A stretch of DNA of 64,000 nucleotides, taken from the NCBI GenBank assembly GCA_050273025.1, contig CP158636.1, positions 620,001 to 684,000 of the forward strand. The letters run 5' to 3'. The stretch comes from Cenococcum geophilum. Its lineage: Eukaryota. Numbering within the stretch: the stretch's first letter is position 1; every line of letters starts with the position of its first letter. The position numbers were made by a program, and so were the translations under genes. A model generated the notes under the pieces. The model was not told the DNA's origin and did no database searches. It saw nothing but the letters and a program-made list of their open reading frames with translations. Positions 25,528 to 39,436 of the stretch are shown here, one piece after another.

Positions 25528-27212
25528 TCAAATCACCTTGTCGCCCAAAACCCTAAACACAGCACTCCCACTCCCGGGTTTGCTAACTACAATGGCCTCC
25601 TGTAACCGCTCCTCACTAATATCCGGCCACTTCTTCCTATAGTACCCGCGCTCCCAGGCCTTCTTAACCGCATCGACCTTCTCCTTGGGCACAAGATGGA
25701 CGCTGCATCCACCCCAACCAGCACCAGTAAGCCGACTACCGTAGGCGCCAGCGCCGCGAGCGAGGTCGCACAGCTCATCGAGCTCAGGACAGCTGCAATC
25801 GTAGAGATCGCGGCAGGAATCCTGGGTCGCGTTCATCAGGCCGCCAAGGGCGTGGAGGAGCTTGTCGCTGCCGCCGTCCTCTGCCGAGGGGGGAGCGGAC
25901 AGCAGCTGCCGGAACTCGATGACGCGGATTGCTTCGTTGAAGACGTGCAGGGCGCGCTGCCGCAGCATGAAGCGGTCGGCGCGCACGGGGAACTTGGACA
26001 TGAAGCGTTCGTTGAGCTCGTCTTCGCCGATGCCGAGCAGACTGCAGATCTCGCCGCGCGTGTAGCCGGCTTCGACGTGGAGGTAGTCTTCGGTCAGCTG
26101 CGCGAGCTTCTCGAGCTGGGCGCGGAATTCAGGGACGGGGGTCTTGGTGTTGTCGGCTATTCCCTCTTTCCCTTCGAAGTAGGCGTCGTGGAAGCCACGG
26201 AGGCTGGTTCCGAGGGGAGAGGAGTCGGCTGGAAGGGGGCGTTTCAGGTTGAAGACTTTGGAGAGGAATACCGCGGCGAGAGTGCACTCGACTACGCGGA
26301 GGTTATAGCAGACCGGTGCAGTAACATGTTTATCTGCTGCAACAAAGCTTTGTGCGATGACGAATGTGAGTTCGGGGGCGGTATTCGGAAAGGATATTGG
26401 CGTTGCGGAGAGTGTAGGTTTGAAGGAGACATAGAGGGCATTGCCTCGGAGAGAGAATACAGAAGCTGATTGATCCATGCTGTAATATTACCGTGAGCAG
26501 CTGGCTTTTTAGGTTCAGGAACCAGTCTCACCCTCCAGAATTCACTCCTACAGCACGCTCCGACACAATAGCTAATTCGCAGAGCTCTTTCTTGTCCACT
26601 TTCTCTTCCCCGTTGGCTTTCATAACCGCTAGAGCGCTAGTACAGACAAATGATGCACTGCTAGATAGTCCTCCACCACTTGGAACAATACCATCGGACA
26701 GTATGTCCATGCCCACCGAAACGAAGTGTCCGTTGTTGTGCTTCTGTTGTAATAATTTGGATGCTCCACGAAGACCGGACTTAAAGTAATTCGTCCACTC
26801 ATGTGTAGATGCATCAATTGGCACTTCTCCTTCCTTAGGTATTTCGAATCCCCGTGTGGGAAATTTTTCCGAAAGGATATTTGAAATTCTGACTGTAGGA
26901 TTCTGTGACACGGGCTGCGTAGCAACGGCCATGAGGAAGTCTGCAGTGATTGCCATAGGAAGAACTCCGTAGAGGGAGTAATCGATATGCTTGAGCAATA
27001 TTCCAGTTAGTTTTCTGTCGCTATCAAGATAGCAGATGTATACAGACTTCGCCTATAATATTTACTCGACCTGGGCTTCTAGCGAGGAACTCGGCCGGTC
27101 GTCCATATTTCTCCTTGAACTGCGCTAGCAGTCTTTCCCATCGATGTCTCTCTACAGGAATAGCATCGTCGGGATAGATATCACGCAGTGAGGTTGCTGT
27201 CGGTACCTCCAT
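25528..27212 (-). CDS. GAL1: Galactokinase, introns 26990-27047 and 26480-26531
   Basis: SPGRVNIIGEHIDY, PSGGGLSSSA, GGMDQSAS, GSRLTGAGWGGC. Confidence 0.95.
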
Positions 27213-30157
27213 TTATATGAAAAATCAATTAAAGCAGCTACTCGCGCGACCAAAGTCGGTATTCCTGAAGCCCTTGATTGACTGGTGGATATCAGGTAAC
27301 TGACGAAAAAGAAAAAGAACCTGATACGAGAGGTTTCAGACAGATCATAAGGAACGCAAGAGGCTTTAGCAAGCGGAATTGATGTGGTAGAGTATGGGAA
27401 TAGCCAATGTCGCACAACGGCGCAGGGGTTTTGCAGATACCCCCACACGTTGTGGCCTTGAGCTTAAATTGAAGCGAGGCTTATTTTTCCGCCTCCGTCC
27501 CAGCTAGGAGAAATCAAAATGTTATACTTCTAAGCCCTCTTAACACCCTAATCTATAAATACCGCCTGGTTGCGCTAGTACTACAAAAGCAACCCCCACT
27601 ATTCCATAGTAGGGTGCTGGCCCTAGATATTTACATTGCCCTGAGAAGTTTGCCGGTTTAGACTAGACCAAAAAAAAGAGACATGGTATTTACACGAATA
27701 CACAGAGCATCCCGCGTATGATGCGGGGCATATTATTACTTGGGGGTTAGAGATTTTAACCATCGGCTCAATCATTGCTAAACATGCGGAGCGTGCCAAT
27801 CATATAAATAGATTTGTTCGTTATCTTATAAAAAAGGCCGTTAACAGTTAGAATATCGGCGGTTCAATCCTTCATTCTGCTGACTTCCTAAATATGTTTA
27901 AGATGGGGCATCTAGAAGACCCTATTGAGTAGTATGTTGTTAAGGGGCTGTTTCTGATGTAACTCACGGCTTTGAGAGGTTCCCTTTGGGATAGATCTGT
28001 GTAGTGAAGAATACGCAAAGGTGGAAAACTTAATGTAAAAGCGTATCTTTGGTAACCATATCAGGTGAAGACATCACGAATGATACCCACGACGTGTTCT
28101 ATCGCACAAAGACTAGAAGCGTGTATCCTAGGCAGCGTTATCAAGACGGACTTTATCAAATAAATGCACGCCAGATGGTCGCGCATCATTTCCAAAAAGA
28201 CAGTTTAACTAACTTTTCTACAGACTAGCTGCATACCTAAGTCTTCGTAGCTTGATTGCACCACGCAGGAAGAGATAAGCATGTGCAGCCATTTCTCCAA
28301 GAATGAATATTGGCCTTGTTTCTAAGGGTGTACTGGCCATGTCCCACAAGATAAAGAGGAAGCAATAATTGGTTGGGAAGAAGAAGCATAACCAAATGCC
28401 TGAAGCTAGTCCTGGGAGTCCTTGGCTTCTGGTGGGTAACTCAACGGGAGATACCGACAGTAGTTCTTGCTCGATCAAGTGATGGAGCAGGCATTGTTCA
28501 ACAAAATCGCCTACTGTTTATGCCAAGCCAATATCTTATGCTTACCTACTCTCAAATGCGGCGGCTGACCGAGATGCCGCGTGCCAATGATTGGTGTTGC
28601 AAGTTCGCTGTAGGGAGGAGGCAAACATGTTTGCATGTGAAGGTGCTTAAGAGAAAACGATAATACGAAAGACGACCCGGTGTTGGATCAAACGGTCTTG
28701 GAGCCTGTTCGCAAGGGACATCAGACGGGTTTGAACCCATTTTTAGGCCTATATGTCTTCCATTGTGGTTATGACACGATCGCAGCCTTGCGAAGTCTCT
28801 TGCGTCCATCATAGTCATTTGGGAAATAGCATCCGCTTTAAACACGGATTTTAACCCATCAGATTGGAGGCATCGGCACCGACCAGCTAAGTTATAAAAT
28901 CTCGGCCCTGATGCTCTGGGGGCTGAGAGTATCGTCGGCAGAATGAGACAATGTAAGGCCACGACCCAAAGATCTTAGAAGTAAATGATAAGTAGGTTTC
29001 AATAGGACAATCAGAGCAGGCAGAAGCTAAGCATGGCAACCAGCTTGTCGTGATACCACTCATAATCTTTTAATGCAGTGAGAAAGACATGGGTGGAATT
29101 AGTCCGAACGTCAGCGAAACCCTAGGTTTTCGTAATACAACCACGACAGGTCACATCTCCCTCAACATCGGGAGCCCGGTTTGGGGGCCAGATATTGACG
29201 GCGAAGGTTGAATCATACAATATCTCGTGACAGTGCCATTCAGCTTTGGCTATAAGTTTGTTGCCTGGCAGGCAGCAGGCATATCCTCAGCTGTGCGGTT
29301 GCGATGCGCGGTCCAGATGGCGGTCGAAAGAGGTGGCGAAGCAGCCTAGCGTCGATAGCAGGGAGGAAGTCAGTGGACGCGGAAGATTATGAGAGGGTTC
29401 AATGTATGGCGAAAGACTGGTAGAGAGATAGTAGAAGTAACGGAGATGTGAAGTGCAAGACGGCGTGAACGAGTGATGCGGGTAAGGCGGTGTGGTATGT
29501 CAGCAGGTTGAATTGACTCCGCCACCTCGAAAGGACTGGAAGGGCTGAAAGTTTGGAGCAGAGCCACCTTCCTGGACCTTCTGTCTTTTCATATCATTCG
29601 GCATCGGCCGACCACGAATATGGTTCGCTTTTCCCACTACTTCCACGCGGGGCTCTAGATTGTGGCGCGAGCCACTGTCCATTGCGTTGCTGATCACTGT
29701 CAAGCGCAGCGGTGAAGAAAAGCTTCTAGTGACTCTCAGCTCGCTCGCGCCTCTTCTCTTCCCAACCTCCATCATCGAGGCGCCGCCTAATTGCGAAAGG
29801 GAACTCTACTGGCAGCGCAGCCCTAAAGATATTATACATCTGCAAGTATGACTACCTATCTCAAAGTGACGCAGTGATTTTCCCACCCCTCATCCAGAAA
29901 AGAAGGCGCCACTCGCCTTCCCTTTTAACCCACCTCCCAACCTCCATCTACCTTCTCTTACCCTCCCACGTTCTCTCCCCATAGCTTTCTCCCCGCCTAG
30001 ACATTGTGTTTCTGCATCTTCGCCAACCCGAGATTCATACTCACTCCCGAGCGCATATTTTTGCGACCGGCTGAAGGCCTCGGTATACCCATACATACTT
30101 TACATACGTACTTCAAATCCACGAACGCTGCCTAGTCGCTCGACTAGCAGCTGCGAA

Positions 30158-33100
30158 ATGAGTCAAATTTCGCACAATGTCTCTGTTCTGCGCGCTCTAG
30201 AGGCTTTCCGTTACCTGACTCCTTTGCTGGTAGCGGTCTTCTTTGGAGCCGCTTCCGCTGTCGTATTCTGTACTCTCCAATCCTCTAAGAAAATTCCAAG
30301 CAGCAAATCTCGGCACTCAGCCGCCATTTGGTTGACACTTGCAGTCTTGGTGAGCTACATTGCCGAATCTGCTCTCTATGTCTTTCGAGCCCTTGTTCAG
30401 CATGGTTGGTGGGCCCCTCAAGATGCCGTTCTCTATGTAATGACTTCTGTCCTCGTATGGGGTTGCATATTCCTTGTACTTTGGGAATCGAAGGCACCCG
30501 TGTGGACTCCGTATGTTGGATCCTGGCTTTGCGGCTTCGGGCTCGAAATAATCGTGTGCACGCTGTCCACCATTGCATTTTCCCGAGAAGACGACTTTGA
30601 CAATGCGCGATTGGCTTTACAAACTTTGAGAATCTTCATCCTTCTTTTTCTATCCGGGAATGGTATTTTACTGGCATATCGCAGTGGAAAAGGAGAAGGC
30701 CAACGGGACGAGGAACGGCAATCTCTCCTGGGGAATACCCAAAATAGCAGCGCGAGAACTTCAGAAAGTGAAATAGGATACGGCACAACTCCAAAGAATT
30801 CTAGGGATAATGGGAGTGGTGGTGAGAGTGACGGCGAGGAAGACTCTGAAGATGACAACAAGAAACTCAAAGAGCAGCAGCGTAAGCGTCTCGAAGAACA
30901 AGGTGGCTGGTTGGGCTATCTCAAAGGGTTCCTCATTTTTCTTCCCTACGTTTGGCCATCCAAAGACCGAAGAATGCAGCTCTACATTGTCTTGATTGGC
31001 CTCTGCTTGGTTGCAGAGCGCTTTCTCAACGTCCTCACACCTCGGCAGCTCGGTATTATTGTCGACAAGCTTTCATTGACCGCGGGTACTGGCAAACTCC
31101 CTTGGAAGGAGGTTGGTTTATGGATGTTCTACCGCTGGCTTGCCTCTCGCGCTTGCCTTGCAGCTTTGCAGAGCGTTCTTCAACTTCGGATTAACTACTG
31201 GTCGTACATCAAACTCACTTCTGTGGCCTTTAGCCATGTCATGGGTCTCTCTATGGATTTCCACGACAACAAAGACTCCGGGGAATTGATCAAGTCGGTC
31301 GAGCAGGCAAATGCACTTAATTCACTGATTGAATTGGTTCTATTCGACACATGCCCAGTCGTTATCGATTTGTTCATTGCTCTCGCCTATGTTACTCATC
31401 TTTTCGATGCCTACTTCGCCTTCGTAATTATCGTCGTTGGGGTGGTGTATACGATAATCACTTATAAATTCACGACCTGGACCGCGAAGATGCGTCGAAA
31501 CTACACAGAAAAGTCAAGAAACCAAACCAAGATTCTATACGAATCTGTTAGCAACTGGCAAACTGTCTCGTACTTCAATCGCGCTGATTTCGAGCAAGAG
31601 CGACTAGCAAAAGCCATGGGTGCGGAAGTTAAGACTGGGCGAGTGTATTACGACGCTACTTATGTCATGTTTGGCGCCCAGGAACTTGTTATGCTGCTTG
31701 GTCGACTTACTGTCAGCTTCCTGGCTGCATACCGAGTTTCCCAAGGGCTCAAGCCAATCGGCAATTTCGTCGCACTCAGTACATATTGGAACAATCTCTC
31801 ATATCCTTTATGGATGCTCGCTTACTCCTACCGGCAATTGACATCAAACCTTATAGACGCTGAGCGCCTCCTCCAACTGCTGAAAACGAAATCGAAGGTT
31901 ACTGATAGAGATGGAGCCACAGAACTTAAGCTTGCCGGTGCAAGAGTTGAATTTACTGATGTAAGCTTCGCGTACGATGAACGCAAGCCCACCATAAAGG
32001 AAATAAGTTTCGTTGCCAATCCGGGCGAGACAGTGGCTTTAGTAGGCGAGACTGGAAGCGGAAAGTCGACAACGCTCAAGCTACTTTTCCGGTTTTATGA
32101 TGTTACCGGAGGCGCCATTACCATCGACGGCCAAGATGTGAGGGATGTCACCCTGAGTAGTTTAAGAGATGCTCTTGGTGTAGTTCCGCAAGATCCCTCT
32201 CTTTTCAATGATTCGATACTGGAAAACGTCAGATATGCTCGGTTGAATGCCACAGACGAAGAAGTCTACGAAGCTTGTAAAGCCGCGTCTATCCATGAAA
32301 AAATTATAACTTTCCCAGATGGCTACAAAACAAAAGTCGGAGAGCGTGGTGTCAAACTCTCGGGCGGAGAACTCCAGCGGGTGTCTATTGCCAGAGTTTT
32401 TCTGAAGAACCCTCAAATCGTTCTCCTAGATGAGGCAACCTCCGCGGTGGATTCCTCAACTGAGTCTCAGATTCAAGAGTCTTTCAAGAAACTTAGTGCC
32501 GGACGCACGACTTTCATCATCGCTCACAGGCTTTCCACAATCATGGACGCTGACCGCATCCTCGTTGTTGATAACGGTGAGATCGTCGAGCGAGGTACTC
32601 ATCAAGAGCTCCTGGAACGTGGTGGAAGATATGTCGACCTCTGGACTAAGCAAAGTTCAAAGAAGACTTCATCTGAAAACAGCTCTGTAACTGCCGAGGG
32701 AGATATTCAGGATCTGCTAATTCCCGGCCTTACACCAAGCTCACCCCCAATCAGCGAAGCAAAAGCCAGCGACTTTGCCAATGAGACGAGTCTCCTGGAC
32801 CGGGTCGATGGACAAAGCGAGGGTAAACAACTGGAAAGTTCAGACCCAAAGCGAAGCAGAAGCGTGCGGAAGAGATTCCATAATTTACAGGCAAGGCTAA
32901 GGAACGGGCACGCCAACGGCAGTGATGAGGCTGGTGAGGATACGGCTGATGAAGCCCCTCCTATGGTCATTTCGCCTCGCCCTACGTTCGGTATAAACGC
33001 TGCCGGAGTATCTTCCGAGCCTGGAAATTTGACTAGCAGACGACGCCCATCAGCATCTTCGAAGGGAACGCTTAATTCCACATGCACACAAGTAAAACAT

Positions 33101-33262
33101 GCTGGCAGCATTCACGCGTCCAGCTCCAACATTACAACGACTGCTAACCAGCCATCAATCTGCCATACATCCCATACCTCAGACAACAACTCTAAACAAA
33201 CAAGCGATGAAGTGTCACACGAAACGAGTGAAGGGCTAGGGCCTCATAATGATACAGCATGA
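30158..33262 (+). CDS. Half-size ABCB transporter, HMT1/ABCB6-like; exact 3' end uncertain
   Basis: N-terminal extra TM domain, TMD, Walker A GETGSGKST, LSGGELQR, LLDEATS, IAHRLST; long low-complexity tail. Confidence 0.9.
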   Translation: MSQISHNVSVLRALEAFRYLTPLLVAVFFGAASAVVFCTLQSSKKIPSSKSRHSAAIWLTLAVLVSYIAESALYVFRALVQHGWWAPQDAVLYVMTSVLVWGCIFLVLWESKAPVWTPYVGSWLCGFGLEIIVCTLSTIAFSREDDFDNARLALQTLRIFILLFLSGNGILLAYRSGKGEGQRDEERQSLLGNTQNSSARTSESEIGYGTTPKNSRDNGSGGESDGEEDSEDDNKKLKEQQRKRLEEQGGWLGYLKGFLIFLPYVWPSKDRRMQLYIVLIGLCLVAERFLNVLTPRQLGIIVDKLSLTAGTGKLPWKEVGLWMFYRWLASRACLAALQSVLQLRINYWSYIKLTSVAFSHVMGLSMDFHDNKDSGELIKSVEQANALNSLIELVLFDTCPVVIDLFIALAYVTHLFDAYFAFVIIVVGVVYTIITYKFTTWTAKMRRNYTEKSRNQTKILYESVSNWQTVSYFNRADFEQERLAKAMGAEVKTGRVYYDATYVMFGAQELVMLLGRLTVSFLAAYRVSQGLKPIGNFVALSTYWNNLSYPLWMLAYSYRQLTSNLIDAERLLQLLKTKSKVTDRDGATELKLAGARVEFTDVSFAYDERKPTIKEISFVANPGETVALVGETGSGKSTTLKLLFRFYDVTGGAITIDGQDVRDVTLSSLRDALGVVPQDPSLFNDSILENVRYARLNATDEEVYEACKAASIHEKIITFPDGYKTKVGERGVKLSGGELQRVSIARVFLKNPQIVLLDEATSAVDSSTESQIQESFKKLSAGRTTFIIAHRLSTIMDADRILVVDNGEIVERGTHQELLERGGRYVDLWTKQSSKKTSSENSSVTAEGDIQDLLIPGLTPSSPPISEAKASDFANETSLLDRVDGQSEGKQLESSDPKRSRSVRKRFHNLQARLRNGHANGSDEAGEDTADEAPPMVISPRPTFGINAAGVSSEPGNLTSRRRPSASSKGTLNSTCTQVKHAGSIHASSSNITTTANQPSICHTSHTSDNNSKQTSDEVSHETSEGLGPHNDTA

Positions 33263-33519
33263 ACCCAATGCAGAATAAGGGCAGTGAGATTGAAAGGGGT
33301 TCAGCCTATTAGAATATCTAGCCTTTAACAAGGCCTAGTCACTTTTTGCACGATGGCTAAAGGTGCTTAGTAATCAACCTGACAGGCTTTGTTAGGAATA
33401 GAATTAGATGCATATGGGGATTATTACGGTAGCATCGGTAGCATCTGTATGGAATTTGTATGAGAAATAATTCATTATATATACAAGGGGCAAATACAAA
33501 ACACACCTTCAAAGTTTCG

Positions 33520-33860
33520 TTTATTTTGACACCGCCTACTATAAACAGAATCCACCTTAATCGTAATAAGCCTTTAACTTTATAACAGTTAAAGTTATTA
33601 AAAAGCTTTCTACTATATAAATATAAAGACTTTTGTTCTTGATTTAACTGTGCCCCTTTAGTCTGCGCTTATATACGGGGCAACGCGGAAGAGCAGAGAC
33701 CGTATTAAGCTTTATCTACTTAGTAAAAATTAAAGTAAAATTATATCTTAACTTTATTTTACTATATATGCAAAAGAACGCCGCGTATATAAAGGCTAAA
33801 GAATACTAAAAGTTATATATTTTACTTATTTAAAGTTCTTTCGTAAGGCGACAGGCTCTA
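33520..33860. repeat. Short RIP-like AT-rich repeat remnant
   Basis: TpA-rich patch with internal hairpin tagtaaaa..taaagt / actttattttacta. Confidence 0.4.
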
Positions 33861-34657
33861 CGCGACCCAAGCCAGACAAACCCACAAAAGGTAAGCGAGT
33901 AACTGGCTCAATTGCCAGGTACGCTGCGTAGAACAATATATATACTAGTCGCAGCCGAACAGGTGCCAAGGCACCTGACATCTCCTAAGATTGTTGTTAA
34001 CGCATAAGTAAATTTTGCCAATAGAGGCAGATTCTATTTATAGTAGGTAGAGGTCGAAATACATGAAACTTTGGGGTGGATTTCGTATTTATCCCTATAT
34101 ATAAAAGAAATTGAACAACGGAATTGCGTCTTGATAATGATATCTCCGGCCCTAGTTCTCGCCCTCTCCATATTTCGAGCATGGTTACTGGGGGTTTCTA
34201 GTGCTGCCCTGGTCTTGCATCTGTGGGTCAGCTGGTGTTGAAAGCCAAATAGGGCCTAGTTTAGGGGTTCTACAGGGGAGGTCCCTCCCCTACATAAATA
34301 GCCGAGATCCTCATCGATTTGACCCTCACACAGCTGGACTGCTGGATGTGATAAACAACTATGTCGGCCTAGATATCATCTTGGATGTCGGCATGTTCTC
34401 TAGCATCGTCTCGGATGCCTATTAATGATTCCACTAACTGAAATGTTAGTAAAGCAGTCCAATGGCCGGGTTTAGCAAGTCACCAACAAACGCAACGCCC
34501 ATGGCCGTGCGGGATATATGCCGGGTAATATGGCTCGATGGGGACGCTCTCCTGCACACGTCTTCGCATACGAGTCATGGATGTACGCTAATTTGTTATA
34601 GAGCTAGGAATGAAGATTCGTCATCCAATGCAAATATCATCTTTCAAGCCTACCTTA

Positions 34658-34841
34658 CTATGGTATCCGGCGAAAGTATTGCACACTGTCGGTGCGTTGC
34701 AGGGGTTTGTATAGAAAACATGAACCTTCTTAATTGTCCTCCTTTTCATTTGCCGCAAAAGTGAATTAAAAATAAGCCGTAAGCCACCCAACCCCCCTGC
34801 AACGCACCGACAATGTACAATACTTTCGCCGGACACCATAG
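34658..34841. mobile_element. MITE (Tc1/mariner-type), ~48-bp TIRs, TA target duplication
   Basis: TA|ctatggtatccggcgaaagtattgcacactgtcggtgcgttgcagggg ... cccctgcaacgcaccgacaatgtacaatactttcgccggacaccatag|TA. Confidence 0.85.
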
Positions 34842-35192
34842 TATACCACCTTGCCAACTCCAATTGAAAGCGCGTGTTGATCTTGGTGATCAATCGGCAG
34901 AATCTATACCATTTTAACGTATTTCCACCTACTTTTGGGTACAAACGTACGCATTTTGGTTAGCGTGATCAACACGCGCTTTCGACCGATGCGCGGAGAC
35001 GGTGTACGTGCTAAGCGTAGACTGACTGACAGTATCCTTGTTCCAAATCGATAAATGGCTCCTGCGGGGTGGAGACCAGCGTGAGTACCTCGGGTTGAAG
35101 CATAAGAGGTGCCCAATTCTCTTTCCTTTTTGACTTCGTCTGACTAAGTTGTTCTACTTCATGTTTTCCCTCTAGCAGCATCACATTTCACC

Positions 35193-36983
35193 ATGACAGT
35201 CACACTCTCTCTTCAAGACCTGTCAATCCGGACCATTGTTCCCCTCTTGCTTCCCTACCTCCCTTATGCACTTGTCTTTGTCATTGTCACATCCTACGCA
35301 AAGACGTGGTACCGCCTCCGTCAATTTCATGGGCCATGGTTTGCCTCGATCTCGTATCTATGGGTGGCGGCAGTGGCAGTGTCCGGTCGAATGAACTTCA
35401 AATACACTGAAATTAACAGGAAATATGGCAAGCTCCAACTACTTTATTCATATTGGTCTTCCAACTTCATTAGAAGTAACTACTTCTAACCGAGTTTCTA
35501 CTAGGTCCTTTGGCTAGAATCGGCCCAAATACTTTGATCACAGATGATCCCGACATCGTACGGCACATGTCTTCTGCCCGCTCTCCATATACTCGGTCGG
35601 GGTGGTACGAGGGTGTAAGAGTAGATCCATACGAAGATAATGTAATGTCCACGATGGATGTGGCGGCTCATGACAAGATACGAGCGAAGATGGCTGGAGG
35701 GGTGATTATAACGCGCATTGAAAAACGTCAAGAGAACGAAGCTAACTACCGGTCAGTACGCTGGGAAAGAGAACCCAGATCTTGAGGCAGAAATAGACGA
35801 GCAGATTGCATCGTTCATATCCCTGATCCACCGGAGGTATCTTTCCAAAGGGGCGACACTCCGGCCGATGGATTTTGGTCAGAAGGCCCAGTATTTTACG
35901 CTCGATGTCATAACCAAAATTGCTTACGGAAAAGAATTCGGGTTCGTGGCTAATGATGAGGATGTGCACGAATACATCAAGACGACGGAAGAGACGGTCC
36001 CTTTCCTGGCGTTTTTAACAATGGTACCCTGGGCGAACTCGTTCTTCAACAAGTCCTGGGTCAGAGAGTTAGTTGGGCCATCGCCTAAAGATAAACACGG
36101 TGTTGGGAAGTTAATGGGGTGAGACATCCCCTCTCCTCAATATAGATGCCTTCTAAATAACGTTTTGCAGCGTCGCGAAAGAAGTCGTCGGGGAACGGTT
36201 CGGGTCTGATAAGAAGGAAAAATTAGATATGCTCGGTGCTTTCGTCCGCAACGGCCTCTCACAGCGGAGAATTGAATCCGAAGTGCTTTTCCAAATCATT
36301 GCGGGCTCTGACACTACCGCTACTGGATTGAGGGCAACAATACTGTACCTGATTACTGCACCACGCGTCATGGAGAAGCTTCGAGCCGAAATAGATGCTG
36401 CGGAGGCTGCGGGGATTATTTCGAACCCGATTCAAAATGCTGAGGCAAAGGGGCTCCCGTTTCTTCAGGCTTGTATAAAGGAGGGCTTGCGCATTCATCC
36501 GCCGTTCACGGGTCTAGTGATGAAGAAGGTTCCCCCTAGTGGTGATACTATTAAAGGCCAATATGTGCCGGGCAATACAAGTATAGGGCATAATACTTGG
36601 AGCATACAGAGAAATGAGGTTTACGGAGAAGATCCGGAAATCTATAGGCCGGAGCGATGGATCGACGCCGATTCTGAGACGGTAGTGCAAATGGAGCGGA
36701 CGCTGGAACTTGTGTTTGGTTACGGCCGATGGGGGTGTTTAGGGAAATCGATTGCTTATATGGAGTTAAATAAGTTCTTTGTTGAGGTAAGTCTTCGTCA
36801 CCTATTGATGTGTTCACGGTTTGCGGGTTGCTCACCCATTGATGGCAGCTCATCCGCCGCTTTGATATAGAATTGGTTGATCCGACGAATCCTTGGAAAT
36901 GCACCAATTTCAATCTCTTCTTCATGGACCACATGTTGCTACGAATTGCGGAGCGTGAGCCCAAACAAAGTCCGAAAAAATAG
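35193..36983 (+). CDS. Cytochrome P450 (pisatin-demethylase-like clan), 5 exons
   Basis: ARIGPN, AGSDTTA, KEGLR, YRPERW, FGYGRWGCLG; first intron 35428-35504 is GC-AG. Confidence 0.92.
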
Positions 36984-37201
36984 GCGAGGGTCTGAAACGC
37001 GTAGAATTAACATGCGCTTGGAAGGTCTTGGTTTTTCTTTTGGTCCTTATTTCAAGTTTTTAGGGGTGGCTGCAAGATTGAAGAATTGATACCATTGAGA
37101 GCACCGCATTTCTTAGAATATATTAGCTCCAACTATCACTCCTAGATGTCCCCAACGCCGTAGTAATGCAGGTCCCCTACTCTTACAGATTCCACAACGC
37201 T

Positions 37202-38050
<849 letters not shown>

Positions 38051-38119
38051 TTAAAGGTGTCCTTGCGTTACCTCAGCAAGCTCAGACGTGATTCGGTCGG
38101 TGCGGATTTTCAATCGGTC

Positions 38120-38728
38120 CGCACCATTTGTTAAGCGCGTTAACGCTTTGCATAATTTCCCCTTATTCGCGGTTAAAAAGCTCAACTGTAACGGTTTAAA
38201 ATACTACTAAAAGTTAATCGATTAGAGAGACAACCCGATATTTCATGAATATTGGGTCTATATTAGCCCACAGCCGCCCAAAGTTAAGATTAATTTTGTT
38301 TAAAAAAAATCCGTTATTAAGAATAGTAAGCTTAGCTATCCCTTCCCCTGGTAGGGTCCTACGAGACGTGCGGGAACACCAAAATCGGGGGTACGCGTAT
38401 GGTCACGAAGCCCTAATCCTACTGGTTCTATTGGCTGGCCCTTATCGATAACCGTAGGACCCATTTTACCAGGGGAAGGGATCTGTGAGGTGACAGGCTC
38501 CGCATGTGCGGAACAATACATGTGGGCGAGGTGACTTCGTCACCTGACAATAACGTTGCAACAGGTGCATATATAAGGCCCAAAAGTTAATCGTTAATAG
38601 ATCTAGCTCTTGCGGTTATTTTAAGCCTATATGTAAAGCTAGACCTTACGTGGGTGGCTTTATCAATTTTATCAAAGATTATACACAACCCTATATAAAT
38701 TTAGACGACGCGCTTAACAAAATCTGCG
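38120..38728. mobile_element. Degenerate TIR element in the DPM1 upstream region
   Basis: tttgttaagcgcgt (38127-38140) is the exact reverse complement of acgcgcttaacaaa (38708-38721). Confidence 0.5.
38484..38549 (+). mobile_element. Mini-LTR (TG..CA) preceded by a purine tract
   Basis: aggggaagggatc|tgtgaggtgac...gtcacctgaca; related copy at 62407-62494. Confidence 0.6.
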
Positions 38729-39436
38729 AAAGTCCCTCAGACCATGGAATCAACTTTTTGACCAAAAAGGTTAGCGATATCCGCTTGCGGATATACGCAT
38801 GCCTGCTAATTTGATTCTATGGTCTGAGCTTGCTGAGATAAGTCCTTGCGCTTCAGCTGTAGGGTTCCGAAGAAACTATGGCCCAAATGTTTCTCGACCC
38901 CTGTCCTGCCACAGTTGATATCTTCATGGCTGAGATTTCATTTTTATATTGCTTTGGGCTAAAGATTTTCGATTGTGAATAGACGAGTTGTAGCTCTTGC
39001 ATTATGGCTATACTATATCTGAGCTCCATTCCATGTCATTTCATTTTCAACTCCAGCATCTTTTGCATTGGGCTAAAAGGCCGGCTCCATCAATCCCTCT
39101 CGGCCTGCTAGGAATTTAAGCTAGCTCAACTGACAGTTCCTAGAGATAAAAAGGGCCTCTATCTCCAAGAACGTGTACCCTGCAGGTCGGGAATTTGTCT
39201 CTCGATAGCTATCCAGACTTGGTGAGGTGATAGACGACTTCTTTTAGACTCTGGAGGCGGTATGAGGTGACTACGTTGCAGTGTATGCCCTAAATTCGTT
39301 ACATCGCTACCGAAAATGCTGTAGCCGCACCCTTGGTCGGGACGTGGTTCGTCATTGGTGAGGCGAGCATAGGCTGTGCCAGATGATGCGCGCTGGGGCT
39401 GTGACGGTTGTAAAGTTATTGAGAAATTCTGTGGTG

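Noticed and set aside
25696..26469. 257-aa antisense ORF in GAL1 (similar ones in DPM1 and at 57714-58352 in the AKR)
   Set aside because: Shadow ORFs caused by high GC3 codon usage of the real gene.
25528..27212. GAL gene cluster
   Set aside because: No GAL7 or GAL10 nearby; a standalone GAL1 is unremarkable in filamentous ascomycetes.
27450..29900. Short ORFs in the long GAL1-ABC intergenic region
   Set aside because: No motifs or consistent exon structure found.
30158..36983. ABC transporter plus P450 as a secondary-metabolite cluster
   Set aside because: No backbone enzyme, and the transporter is of the HMT1 type.
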